Assembly (NCBI GenBank): GCA_046327815.1
Contig: JAXLXR010000014.1
Span: 3,706-67,705 of the forward strand
Length of the DNA: 64,000 nt
Source of the DNA: Candidatus Eiseniibacteriota bacterium
GTDB lineage: Bacteria; Eisenbacteria; RBG-16-71-46
Direction: 5' to 3'
A program made the position numbers and the translations under genes. The notes beneath the pieces are model-generated. The model saw nothing but the letters and a program-made list of their open reading frames with translations. It did not search any database and was not told where the DNA came from. Positions within the stretch are counted from its first letter, which is position 1, and each line of letters starts with the position of its first letter. This document shows, one piece after another, positions 37,757 through 46,493 of this stretch.

Positions 37757-39543
37757 ATGCACAGCCGGCCGTTCCACTACTGGGACTGGCTGGACCGGGG
37801 TTCGGGGATGGGTCGCGCACTGTCCGGGACGGGCGAGTGGAACGTGCGCTGGGCCATGAACCACGCGCTCGCCACCCGGGCCGTGTCGCCGCGGCGCCCC
37901 GGCGAGCACGCGAACCCGCGTCGCACCCACGGGCTGCCGCGCGAGCAGGTCGTGCTGTTCACGCAGGAGGAGATCCGCGAGATCTACGACGCGCCGAACT
38001 CGGCGATCGTGGAAGGCCTGCACCACGGGCGCTGGCCGGCGGACCGGATCGCGCGCCATGCGCGGTTGCTGCGCGAGCGGCTGGGCGGCTTCGTGCCCGA
38101 CGTGGTGATCACGTGGACCGCATCCGCCGCGCTTCGCGAGGCGTTTCCCGACGCGCTCGTGCTGCACGCCGAAGTCGGCGCATTCTCGCGCCCGCCCTAC
38201 CCCGCGCAGGTCGTGCTCGACCCGGCGGGCTGCTTCGGGCGATCGTTGCTCGGCACCGAGGCCGCCGCGATCCGCGCGATGTCGCCGCTGCCGAGGACGT
38301 TGCGGCGTTCCGGCGCATGCGCGACGCGCTCGCGCGGCACCACGCGGCGACCACGGTGTTCGCGGGCACGGAACGGCGGCTGCGCGAGCGCTTCCGCACG
38401 CTCGCGCTGCTGCCGCTGCAGTTCGGCGGCGAGTTCGGCTTCGACTCGAACGGCCCGTTCCGCAACCAGGGCGAGTACCTGTTCCACGTGCTCGAGCGCA
38501 TCCCGGCCGACGTCGGGCTGCTCGTGTCGCACCATCCGACCTCGCTCTGGGTCGGCGATCGCATCGACGAGGAAACGCAGGAGTACCTCGCCCACGCCTG
38601 CCCGCAGGCGATCTTCGTGCCGCCGGGCGCGGCGGCGAACGCCGGGCAGATGCTGGTGCCGCACGTGGATTCGGTGATCAGCGTGAGCTCGTCGCTCGGG
38701 CTGCAGGCGGCGTTCTGGGGCAAGCGCCTGATCGCGCCGGGCTGGAGCCACCTGCGCGAGTGGGCGGATTCCGGCCGCGTCGAGGACCTCGCCGAAGGCG
38801 CGCTGTCGCCGCCAACGAACCACGACGCCGCGTTCGCGTGGCTCATGCGCCACTACTGGATGGACCTCCACGGCGCGCTCGACGGCCCGACGCTGCACGC
38901 GCACATCGCCGGCATGCTCGCCCGTCACCGCGACGGCGCGCGCGGGCTCGCACTGCTCGCCGACAGTGGCGCGCTCGAGCGCTACGAGGCCGCGGTGCTG
39001 CGCGCGCTGCCCGAACTGCCCGAACCGATCGAGGTGTCGGGCGAATGGCTCGACAACGGCCGGCTCGAAGGCCGCCCGAACGGCACGCCCGACGGCTGGC
39101 GCTGGCTGTCCGGGGCGGGCGCCGACCAGTCCCCCGGCAGCGTGGCCGGACCGAACGACGGCCCGGCGTTCCGGCTCGAGCGCCGCGATCCGGGCACGAG
39201 CGGCACCGTGCTGTACCAGCGCCTCGCCGACCTGCGGAAGCTGGCGGGTGCGTTCGTCACGGTGCGCTTCCTCGCCCGCGGCTCCGACGGCGAGGCGGTG
39301 AGCGTGTACTTCTACCAGCAGTTCGGCGCGCAGGGTTCGCCGGCACGCGGCACCGATCCGGGCAGCTTCGCGGTCGGGCCCGAGTGGCAGGAGTTCCGCT
39401 ACACGGTGACCATTCCCGCCGTGGGCGACGCGACGCTGGGCGAGGGACACCACACCGAACTCGCGTTCCTGTTCCCGCCGTCGCTGCCGAACGCGTGGAT
39501 CGAGCTGGCGTGCGTCACCCTGGAGAGCGGCTCGCTCGTCTGA
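37757..39543 (+). pseudogene. capsule-polysaccharide-biosynthesis-like protein (KpsC/KpsS-type N-terminal part) with CBM4_9-like C-terminal domain; frame broken near 38270-38300
   Basis: ATG 37757 (MHSRPFHYWDW) in ORF 37253..38677 reads to ...GTEAAAIRA. It then continues in ORF 37837..39543 from ...EDVAAFRRMRDALARHH. Motifs: LALLPLQFGGEFGFDSNGPF...LLVSHHP. C-terminal WLDNGRLEG...GWRW...FLARGSDG... Confidence 0.45.
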
Positions 39544-39555
39544 AGCGGCGCCGCG

Positions 39556-40185
39556 TCAGATGACGCCGTGCGCGTGCGTGGCCGGCGCGCTCTCGGCGAT
39601 CTCGATCAGGCGCCACGTCCCGTCCGGCGACACTTCGAGCGCCTGCGCCGCCGACTGCGCACCTTCGAGCGCCCGCTCCGGCGGGCAGCCAGTGAGCACG
39701 TGCAGGAGCGCACGATTGAGCGCCTGGTGCGCGACGACCGCGACGCCCTCGCCGGCGAGCACGTCCGGCTGCGCCCCGAGCCACGCGCGCAACCGCGCGA
39801 TGGCGTCGTGGTAGCACTCGCCGCCCGGCCAGCGATGGCCCCAGCGATCCTTCGCGCGCTCCGCGCGAATGCCCGGGAACTTCTGCTCGCACTGGTCCAG
39901 CGTCAGTCCCGCGCAATCGCCGAACGCCATCTCGGCGAGCGCGTCGGCCGTCACGACCGGGCCGCCGCACGCGGCCGCGATGCACGCCGCGGTCGCCTGC
40001 GCGCGCCCGAGCGGGCTCGCGACGATCCGCCGCACGCCGCGACGGGCGGCCCACGCGGCGAGCACCTCGGCCTGCGCGATTCCGCGCGCCGTGAGCGGCG
40101 AGTCGTCCCGCCCCTGCAGGCGGCCGACCGCGTTCCACTCCGTCTCGCCGTGCCTAAGCAGCAGTACGTTGTGCGTCAGCGGCAT
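39556..40185 (-). CDS. histidine phosphatase family protein (phosphoglycerate-mutase-like)
   Basis: ORF 209 aa. LLLRHGETEWN catalytic RHG motif, and a later VVAHQALNRAL. Confidence 0.8.
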   Translation of the reverse strand: MPLTHNVLLLRHGETEWNAVGRLQGRDDSPLTARGIAQAEVLAAWAARRGVRRIVASPLGRAQATAACIAAACGGPVVTADALAEMAFGDCAGLTLDQCEQKFPGIRAERAKDRWGHRWPGGECYHDAIARLRAWLGAQPDVLAGEGVAVVAHQALNRALLHVLTGCPPERALEGAQSAAQALEVSPDGTWRLIEIAESAPATHAHGVI

Positions 40186-40846
40186 GGAGTCCCCGCCACA
40201 CGAGTTCCGCGAACTCGAAGTCCTCGGGCGTGTTCACGTCGAGCGCCTCGAGCTTCGAGAGCACCAGGCCGTGCACGCGCGTCACGTCCATGCGCCGGCG
40301 ATGCTCGCGCACGAAGGCGGCGCGATTCGCGTACAGCCCCGTCGTCTCCCACACGTACGGACGCATCGAGCTGCTGTTGGGGATGCGGCCGTCCGGCAGA
40401 AAGTAGGCGGGCCGGCCGTCTTCCCACAAGTACAGCGGCTCGCCGGTCACTCCGGCGACGCTGTTCAGCGACGCGTCGTTCGCGAGCAACTCGAGCGCCG
40501 CGTCCACGCTGCGGGGCGAGAGGAACGGCGCGGTCGGGATCACCTGCACGACGAAGTCGGCTTCGGGCCGTGCACTCGCCTGCCACCACGCGAGGTCGTC
40601 ACCCGTGGTGGCGTTCGTCGCGAGCGAGGCCGGCCGGCGCAGCGGCGTGGCGCCGTGCTCCGCCCCGAGGCGCAGGATCTCGTCCGAGTCCGAGTCCACG
40701 ACGACCTCGTCCACGAGCGTCGACGCGCGCGCGATCGCGATCGCGTGACAGAACAGCGGCCGGTCGCCGAGCCTGCGCAGGTTCTTTCCGGGCACGCGTT
40801 CGCTCGTGCCTTTCGCGTGCACGAAGGCGACGCGGCGCGCGCTCAC
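40154..40846 (-). CDS. neuA: acylneuraminate/nonulosonate cytidylyltransferase-like protein
   Basis: Last 230 codons of ORF 40154..41962. GTG 40846 overlaps the NeuB-like stop (GTGA). Motifs: VAFVHAKGTSERVPGKNLRRLGDRPL, VVVDSDSDEI. Confidence 0.6.
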   Translation of the reverse strand: MSARRVAFVHAKGTSERVPGKNLRRLGDRPLFCHAIAIARASTLVDEVVVDSDSDEILRLGAEHGATPLRRPASLATNATTGDDLAWWQASARPEADFVVQVIPTAPFLSPRSVDAALELLANDASLNSVAGVTGEPLYLWEDGRPAYFLPDGRIPNSSSMRPYVWETTGLYANRAAFVREHRRRMDVTRVHGLVLSKLEALDVNTPEDFEFAELVWRGLHAADAQRTAA

Positions 40847-41820
40847 GCCGCACGCCCCCACGACAGCGCCGCCCGGCGCCGGGCACCTTCCTGCGCGAGG
40901 CCGGCCCCGTCGTGATGGAATTCCGATTCGGCACCCACGTGACGGCGGCTGTACGTCTGCTCGACGAGGAACTCGCGTTCCTCGGGCGTCATGCCGAACG
41001 ACGACGCGAACGCCTCGTCGGGGAGCTGGGCGAAATGCGAGTCGAGCCGCTCCCCGGCGTGCACGGTTTCGACCAGCTCCCGGAACTCCGCCGGCTCCAG
41101 GCTGCATTCGATGTGGTGCACGAACGAATGCCGCGACAGGCAGAAGTGCCGCTCGACCATTTCGGCGCCGAGCGCGACCGCCGCGAAACTGCCGGGCAGC
41201 CCGATCTCGTGGCCCGAATAGCCGATGTGCACGCGTTCGCCCCCGAACCGCCGGCGCATGACTTCGATGTTCCCGAGCCGCAGCTCGTGCGACGGGCAGG
41301 GATAACGCGCCACGCAGTGCAGCAGCGTCACGGTGTGGTGCGGGAAGTGCGCGAGCGTCTGCTCGATCTCCTGAAGCGTCGAGCCGGCCACGGACACCAC
41401 GATCTCGCGATCGTGCGGAATCTGCCGCGCGACTTCGGACAGGATCTGGTGGTTGCGCGCGTTGCTCGACGCGACCTTGTACACGGGCAGGTCGAAGCGC
41501 GCCATGAACTCGAGCGACGGGATGTCCTGCACCGTCGTGAACCAGCTCACGCCGAGTTCGCGACAGCGGCGGTCGAAGCGATGGAAGTCCTCGACGTCGA
41601 ACTCGAAGATCGTGCGGTAGTCGCGGTACGTGTGCCCGTACGGGCTTTCGTACGGCGCGTCCAGCTTCGCCGCCGAGTAGAAGCTCTCCACGTCCTTCTT
41701 CTGCATCTTGATCAGGTCGCAGCCCGCGGCCGCCGCGCGCTCGGCCATGCGCAGCAGGACGTTCAGGTTGCCCATGTGGTTCGTCGTGAACTCGGCGACG
41801 AATCGAGTGCGGTTCACCAT
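40843..41820 (-). CDS. neuB: NeuB-family PEP-dependent sugar condensing enzyme (sialic-acid-synthase-like, no SAF domain)
   Basis: ORF 40843..41919, with the likely start at ATG 41820 (MVNRTRFVAEFTTNHMGNLN). Motifs: DLIKMQKK, YKVASSN, LLHCVARYPCP, GYSGHEIG, VERHF. Confidence 0.65.
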   Translation of the reverse strand: MVNRTRFVAEFTTNHMGNLNVLLRMAERAAAAGCDLIKMQKKDVESFYSAAKLDAPYESPYGHTYRDYRTIFEFDVEDFHRFDRRCRELGVSWFTTVQDIPSLEFMARFDLPVYKVASSNARNHQILSEVARQIPHDREIVVSVAGSTLQEIEQTLAHFPHHTVTLLHCVARYPCPSHELRLGNIEVMRRRFGGERVHIGYSGHEIGLPGSFAAVALGAEMVERHFCLSRHSFVHHIECSLEPAEFRELVETVHAGERLDSHFAQLPDEAFASSFGMTPEEREFLVEQTYSRRHVGAESEFHHDGAGLAQEGARRRAALSWGRAA

Positions 41821-42482
41821 CGGCCCACCTCGTGATAGAGCGCGACCGGGTCGCGCGATTGGAGAAGACGCCTGCGCACTTCGTCCTCCTGCTCGCCGCG
41901 GCGTTCGGCCAGTTCGCACACGCGCTCGGCGAGTGCGGCGGGAATGGCCATGACGCCGTCACCGTCGGCGAAGATCCAGTCGCCCGGCTCGACGCGGACG
42001 CGGCCGTCCACGCCCGGCATCCACACGGGCTTCTGGTACTCGACGATCTGCCAGCGGCCGAACGCGTCGATCGGCTGCGCGCCGCGGCAGAAGACCGGGA
42101 AGTCGTCCTTCTCGAGAATGCGCAGGTCGCGCGTGAACCCGTCGATCACGGCGCCGACCGCGCCGTGCTGGCGCGCGAGCTTGCCGCTGATGTCGCCGAA
42201 GTGCGCGACGGACTCGTCGCCGCCGGTGTCGATCACCTGCACGCAGCCGGGCGTGAACGAGTCGAACATCTCGATCCGCACCATGTCGCGCACGTGAGCT
42301 TCCTCGCGCACGCGTTCGCCACGGCAGGTGAACGCGGGTCCGCAGACCGCGCGATCGCCGATCGGCCACGCGGCGCGCACGGCGTGATGGACGACGAACG
42401 GGTGCGGATGCCGCACGTCGAACGTCATCGCGTCGTAGACGAGCCCGGCGTACAGCCGCTCGTACCGCTGCTTCAGCGTCAT
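41814..42482 (-). CDS. RraA-family protein (class II aldolase / HMG-CHA aldolase-like)
   Basis: Last 222 codons of ORF 41814..42944. Start at ATG 42482 (MTLKQRYERLY). Motifs: VIDTGGDESVAHFGDISGKLARQHGAVGAVIDGFTRD, FADGDGVMAIP. Confidence 0.6.
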   Translation of the reverse strand: MTLKQRYERLYAGLVYDAMTFDVRHPHPFVVHHAVRAAWPIGDRAVCGPAFTCRGERVREEAHVRDMVRIEMFDSFTPGCVQVIDTGGDESVAHFGDISGKLARQHGAVGAVIDGFTRDLRILEKDDFPVFCRGAQPIDAFGRWQIVEYQKPVWMPGVDGRVRVEPGDWIFADGDGVMAIPAALAERVCELAERRGEQEDEVRRRLLQSRDPVALYHEVGRW

Positions 42483-42650
42483 CGCACCTCCGTCGGGATG
42501 GGAGTCCGAACGGAGTAAGGCAATCCCGGTGCCAGCGGCGTACGACGCGGGCCGCGCGGGCCAAGCGCCCTGTTGACCGGGTCTTCGCCCGTTCGCCCCG
42601 GCCGCACGCCGGCGCGAACGGAGCGATGCCGGGTCGGGTTCTTCCGGCGC

Positions 42651-42716
42651 GGGCGGCAGGCCCTGCCGCCCACCGGAAACACCCGAGGGGCGCTCCCCGG
42701 CGGGGAACGCCCCTCG
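42651..42716 (-). terminator. two tandem GC-rich stem-loops after the porin gene
   Basis: 42684-42716: CGAGGGGCG-c-TCCCCG-g-CGGGGA-a-CGCCCCTCG. 42651-42671: GGGCGGCAG-gcc-CTGCCGCCC. Both lie just downstream (minus strand) of the stop at 42733. Confidence 0.45.
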
Positions 42717-42732
42717 ATCGGCCGGATCGGCG

Positions 42733-44037
42733 CTACTCGAACGACACGCGCAGCGACGGCACCCAGGCGTTCGGCGTCTCGGCGCTGAGCCCCGGATGCT
42801 GCACCCACTGCACACCGGGCGCCACGATCCAGCGCTCGCCCAGCTGCCACTGGTACGTGGCTTCGACGACACGCTCGAAGTCCGGCAGCACGCCGCTCTC
42901 GCCGTCGCGGCTCCACGCGTCGAGCTGCGAGCGCTGCGCCGCACGGCTCACGTAGGCGGTCGCGACGCCGACGCCGAACGCATCGTCGTCACGTCCCGGG
43001 ATCAACCCCGCCCAGCGGACGCCGGCATCGGTGCTCCACTCGACGGCGCTGCGCTCGGCCGGCGCACCGGCGACGCGCAACCAGCCCGTCAGCCCCTGCG
43101 ACTCCGAACCACGCTCCGTCCACACGCGCTGCTCGAGCGCGCCGTACCAGCCGCGATTGCCCCGGTGCACCGCCGGCGCCTCGCCGCTGAGCGCGAACGA
43201 CGCGCCGTTCGCGTCCGCCCACTGGTCCTCGAAGTCGGCACTGTGGCGCCACAGGCCGAACCGCGCGCTGCCCGGCAGCGGCGCGTTCGGATCGGCCTGC
43301 CAGTCGTGCGACAGCTCGGCGATCGCGAACGAACCCTGCGCCGAGTTCATCGCGAAGTGCAGGCCGTGGGAGTTGACCTCGGGATCGCCACCGGGGCTGT
43401 CGAACGAATCCCCGTCGTAGATCGCGGCCTGCACGGTCCACGACTCCGCCGGCTTCACCGCCAGCCGGGCGCCCGGCGCGGGTGCGTAGTAGATCGGCCC
43501 GCCGTTGACGATGTTCGCGCCGATGCCCGCGATCCAGCCGAACGCGCCGTTCGAGAACATGCCGCCACTCTCGGTCCCGGCGAACTCCTCGTCGGCGGCG
43601 AGACTGCCGGCGCGCAGCGAGACGCGTCCCTCGGCCCACTCCTGCTGCAGCCACACCTGGTAGAGCCGGATGCTGTCGAAGCCGTCGAGGTTGCTGACGG
43701 TGAGGGCATCACCGACGAAGTACCAGCTCGCGCTCTTGCCGCGGATCCAGTACAGGTCGACCCCGGCCGACGCGCCGTGCCACCCACCGGTCAGCTTCTC
43801 GAGGTCGGCCTCGAACGTCGCGGTGCCGAGCGTGTTGTACACGCCGCCCTGCTTCAGTCCGCCGGCCACGTCGCCGATCCAGAGTCCGCTCGCGGACACG
43901 CTGCTCGTGAGCCCGCGTGCCGCCCACTCTTCGGTCCAGCGTGGCAGGGCACGGCCCTGCGCCTGCACGACGCCGGGCACGACGCACGCAGCGGCGAGCA
44001 GCGCGACGGCCAGCGCGTTCTTCTGACGCTCGAACAT
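42733..44037 (-). CDS. oprB: carbohydrate-selective porin, OprB family
   Basis: ORF 434 aa with a signal peptide. Motifs: GLWIGDVAGGLKQGGVY, DSIRLYQVWLQQEW, and a C-terminal ...VPSLRVSFE. Confidence 0.7.
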   Translation of the reverse strand: MFERQKNALAVALLAAACVVPGVVQAQGRALPRWTEEWAARGLTSSVSASGLWIGDVAGGLKQGGVYNTLGTATFEADLEKLTGGWHGASAGVDLYWIRGKSASWYFVGDALTVSNLDGFDSIRLYQVWLQQEWAEGRVSLRAGSLAADEEFAGTESGGMFSNGAFGWIAGIGANIVNGGPIYYAPAPGARLAVKPAESWTVQAAIYDGDSFDSPGGDPEVNSHGLHFAMNSAQGSFAIAELSHDWQADPNAPLPGSARFGLWRHSADFEDQWADANGASFALSGEAPAVHRGNRGWYGALEQRVWTERGSESQGLTGWLRVAGAPAERSAVEWSTDAGVRWAGLIPGRDDDAFGVGVATAYVSRAAQRSQLDAWSRDGESGVLPDFERVVEATYQWQLGERWIVAPGVQWVQHPGLSAETPNAWVPSLRVSFE

Positions 44038-44096
44038 GACGCCTCCTCCCTCTTCCGTGAGCCGGGGCGCGCGACGAGCGCGTCCCGGGCCTGGGC

Positions 44097-45818
44097 TCAG
44101 AACTCCTCGAAACCGTCGGTCGCGTTCGTGCCGGTGCGTGCGGCCGTCGCGAGTGGCGGAGTGGCAGCCGCCGATGCCGCGCGGTCGAACTTCGGGTGCG
44201 ACGCGATCGAGGTCGGGGCGCGCTTCACCGTCGGCCTCGGGCCCGCGACCGTCGGCTTCGGCCGCACGTTCGCGCCCGGTCCGCCCTGCACGCGGAACCG
44301 GAGCACCTGCCCCTGCACCTCGGCCGCCTGTTCGGAAAGGTGCCCGGCGGTCGCCGAGAGCTCCTCCGTCTGCGCCGCGTTCGACTGCGTGAGCTGGTCC
44401 ATCTGCGTCACCGCGCGGTTCACCTGTTCGATGCCGACCGACTGTTCCCGCGACGCCGCCGCGATCTCCGACACCACGTCCGTCACGCGCTTCACCGCGG
44501 TCACGATCTCGTCCAGCGTCGCGCCCGAGCGATTCACCAGCGCCGCACCGGACTCCACCTTGTGCACGGAGTCCTCGATCAACCCCTTGATCTCGCGCGC
44601 CGCCGTGGCCGAACGCTGCGCCAGCGAGCGCACTTCCGCCGCGACCACCGCGAATCCGCGGCCCTGCTCGCCCGCACGCGCGGCCTCGACCGCCGCGTTC
44701 AGCGCCAGCAGGTTCGTCTGGAACGCGATCTCGTCGATCGTCGTGATGATGTCCGCGATGCGCCGGCTCGACGCGTTGATCTCGCCCATCGCCGACACCG
44801 CGCTCGACACCACCGAGCCGCCCTTCTCCGCCACCTCACGCGCGTTGTTCGCGAGCTGGTTCGCCGTCTGCGCGTTGTCCGCGTTCTGGCGCACGGTGCT
44901 CGTGATCTCCTCCAGGCTCGCCGCCGTCTCCTCGAGACTCGAGGCCTGCTCCTGCGCGCCCGCGCTGATCGTGTCGGAGGCCGCCGTGAGTTCCTTCGAC
45001 GCCTGCGCGACCGCGGATGCGGACTCGCGGACGTGCGCGATCACGTCGTGGATCTTCTCCACGAATTCGTTGAACGCGCGGGCGATCGAGCCGAGCTCGT
45101 CGCGCGAGGACGCGTCGAGGCGCTGCGTGAGATCGCCGTCGCCCGTCGCGATGTCGTGCATCGCGCGTTCGAATCGCGCGAGCGGTTCGACGACGCTGCG
45201 GACGATCGCGATCGCGGCGAACGCGAACAGCACCGAGCCGGCGATCACGAATCCGAGCATGAGCAGCATGTACCGGCGTTGTTCCGCGTCCGCCGCGGCC
45301 TCGGCCTTTCCGCTCGCATCGGTGATCGCGACGCTCAGGTCCTCCATCTCGGCCTCGAGCGCCGTGAACTTCTCCATGAACGCCGGGAACTCCGAACGCG
45401 CCGCATTCGGGTCCCGCGACGCGAGCTCCACCATCTCGGTCGCGGCGGTGATGTACTCCTCCATGCGGGGCTTCGCCCCGGCGAGCGCCTTGCGGACCTC
45501 CGCGTTCAGCTCGAGCTTCTCGTTCTCCGCCAGCTGCGCACGGAAGTTGTCGGCATGCGCCGCGACGTCGGTCGCGGCTGCCGCCCGCTCGTCGTCGGTA
45601 CGGGCGAGCATGGCGGCGAGCACGTCACCACGCAGCGCGTCGTGCATCATGTCGGCGTCGTCGTGGTTCGACAGCGCGTGCCCCGTGACGTTGATCTCGT
45701 GGATCGCGGAACCGAGCATGCGGAACCCGGCCACGCCCGTGATGCCGAGCACCACGGCCACCAGGATGCCCGCAACACCCAGGCTCACCAGCTTCCTTCG
45801 GATCGTCCAGTTCATCAT
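44097..45818 (-). CDS. methyl-accepting chemotaxis protein with C-terminal GFEEF pentapeptide
   Basis: ORF 44097..45980, with the start at the ATGATG at 45818 preceded by GGAAGGGAG. Two TM segments and a HAMP domain. Highly conserved signalling hairpin [40 protein letters not shown]. Ends in DGFEEF. Confidence 0.9.
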   Translation of the reverse strand: MMNWTIRRKLVSLGVAGILVAVVLGITGVAGFRMLGSAIHEINVTGHALSNHDDADMMHDALRGDVLAAMLARTDDERAAAATDVAAHADNFRAQLAENEKLELNAEVRKALAGAKPRMEEYITAATEMVELASRDPNAARSEFPAFMEKFTALEAEMEDLSVAITDASGKAEAAADAEQRRYMLLMLGFVIAGSVLFAFAAIAIVRSVVEPLARFERAMHDIATGDGDLTQRLDASSRDELGSIARAFNEFVEKIHDVIAHVRESASAVAQASKELTAASDTISAGAQEQASSLEETAASLEEITSTVRQNADNAQTANQLANNAREVAEKGGSVVSSAVSAMGEINASSRRIADIITTIDEIAFQTNLLALNAAVEAARAGEQGRGFAVVAAEVRSLAQRSATAAREIKGLIEDSVHKVESGAALVNRSGATLDEIVTAVKRVTDVVSEIAAASREQSVGIEQVNRAVTQMDQLTQSNAAQTEELSATAGHLSEQAAEVQGQVLRFRVQGGPGANVRPKPTVAGPRPTVKRAPTSIASHPKFDRAASAAATPPLATAARTGTNATDGFEEF

Positions 45819-46001
45819 CGCTCCCTTCCGTTGCGAGCGCCCGAGGGTCGGGCGACTCCGACTCGACAGCCCCAACCTGTCCGGATCGCCCGACGCGTGA
45901 AGCCTGCGCCATGGGTTCCCCACCACCCATTCACGGAACACGAGCCACACCGCACGCGGGGGCTCGTGACCGATCGACAACAGCTCCGTGTGAACGCCGC
46001 T

Positions 46002-46493
46002 TCAGGCGGCCATTTCGGCGGCGACTCGCGACTCACCGACCACGCGATCGATGTCGAGCAGCGTGATGAGGCGGTCGTTGTTCCGTGCGATGCCCTGCAG
46101 GATGCTCGTGTCCACGGATGCACCGAGGTCGGGGGACGTCTCGATGGCGTCGCGCTCCACGTCGAGCACGTCGGAGACCGAATCCACGATCAGCCCCACG
46201 ACGCGGGCGCCGACGTTCACCACGACGATGACCGTGAACCGGTCGTAGTCCTTGCGGTCCATCCCGAACTTGAGGCGAAGATCGAACACGGGCACGACCG
46301 TGCCGCGCAGGTTCATCACGCCCTTCACGTAGTCCGGGGCATTCGGGATCGGCGTCACCGCCGAGAAGCCCTTGATTTCCTGCACGCGCAGGATCTCGAC
46401 GCCGTACTCCTCGCCGCCGAGGGTGAACGTCAGGAACTGCTGGCTGCCTTCGGCGCCCTCGGTGCGGACGTCCTGAACGGGAATGTCGTTCAT
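46002..46493 (-). CDS. cheW: chemotaxis coupling protein CheW
   Basis: Last 163 codons of ORF 46002..47918. ATG 46493 overlaps the cheA stop (ATGA). Sequence: FLTFTLGGEEYGVEILRVQEI...GVMNLRGTVVPVFDLR. Confidence 0.9.
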   Translation of the reverse strand: MNDIPVQDVRTEGAEGSQQFLTFTLGGEEYGVEILRVQEIKGFSAVTPIPNAPDYVKGVMNLRGTVVPVFDLRLKFGMDRKDYDRFTVIVVVNVGARVVGLIVDSVSDVLDVERDAIETSPDLGASVDTSILQGIARNNDRLITLLDIDRVVGESRVAAEMAA

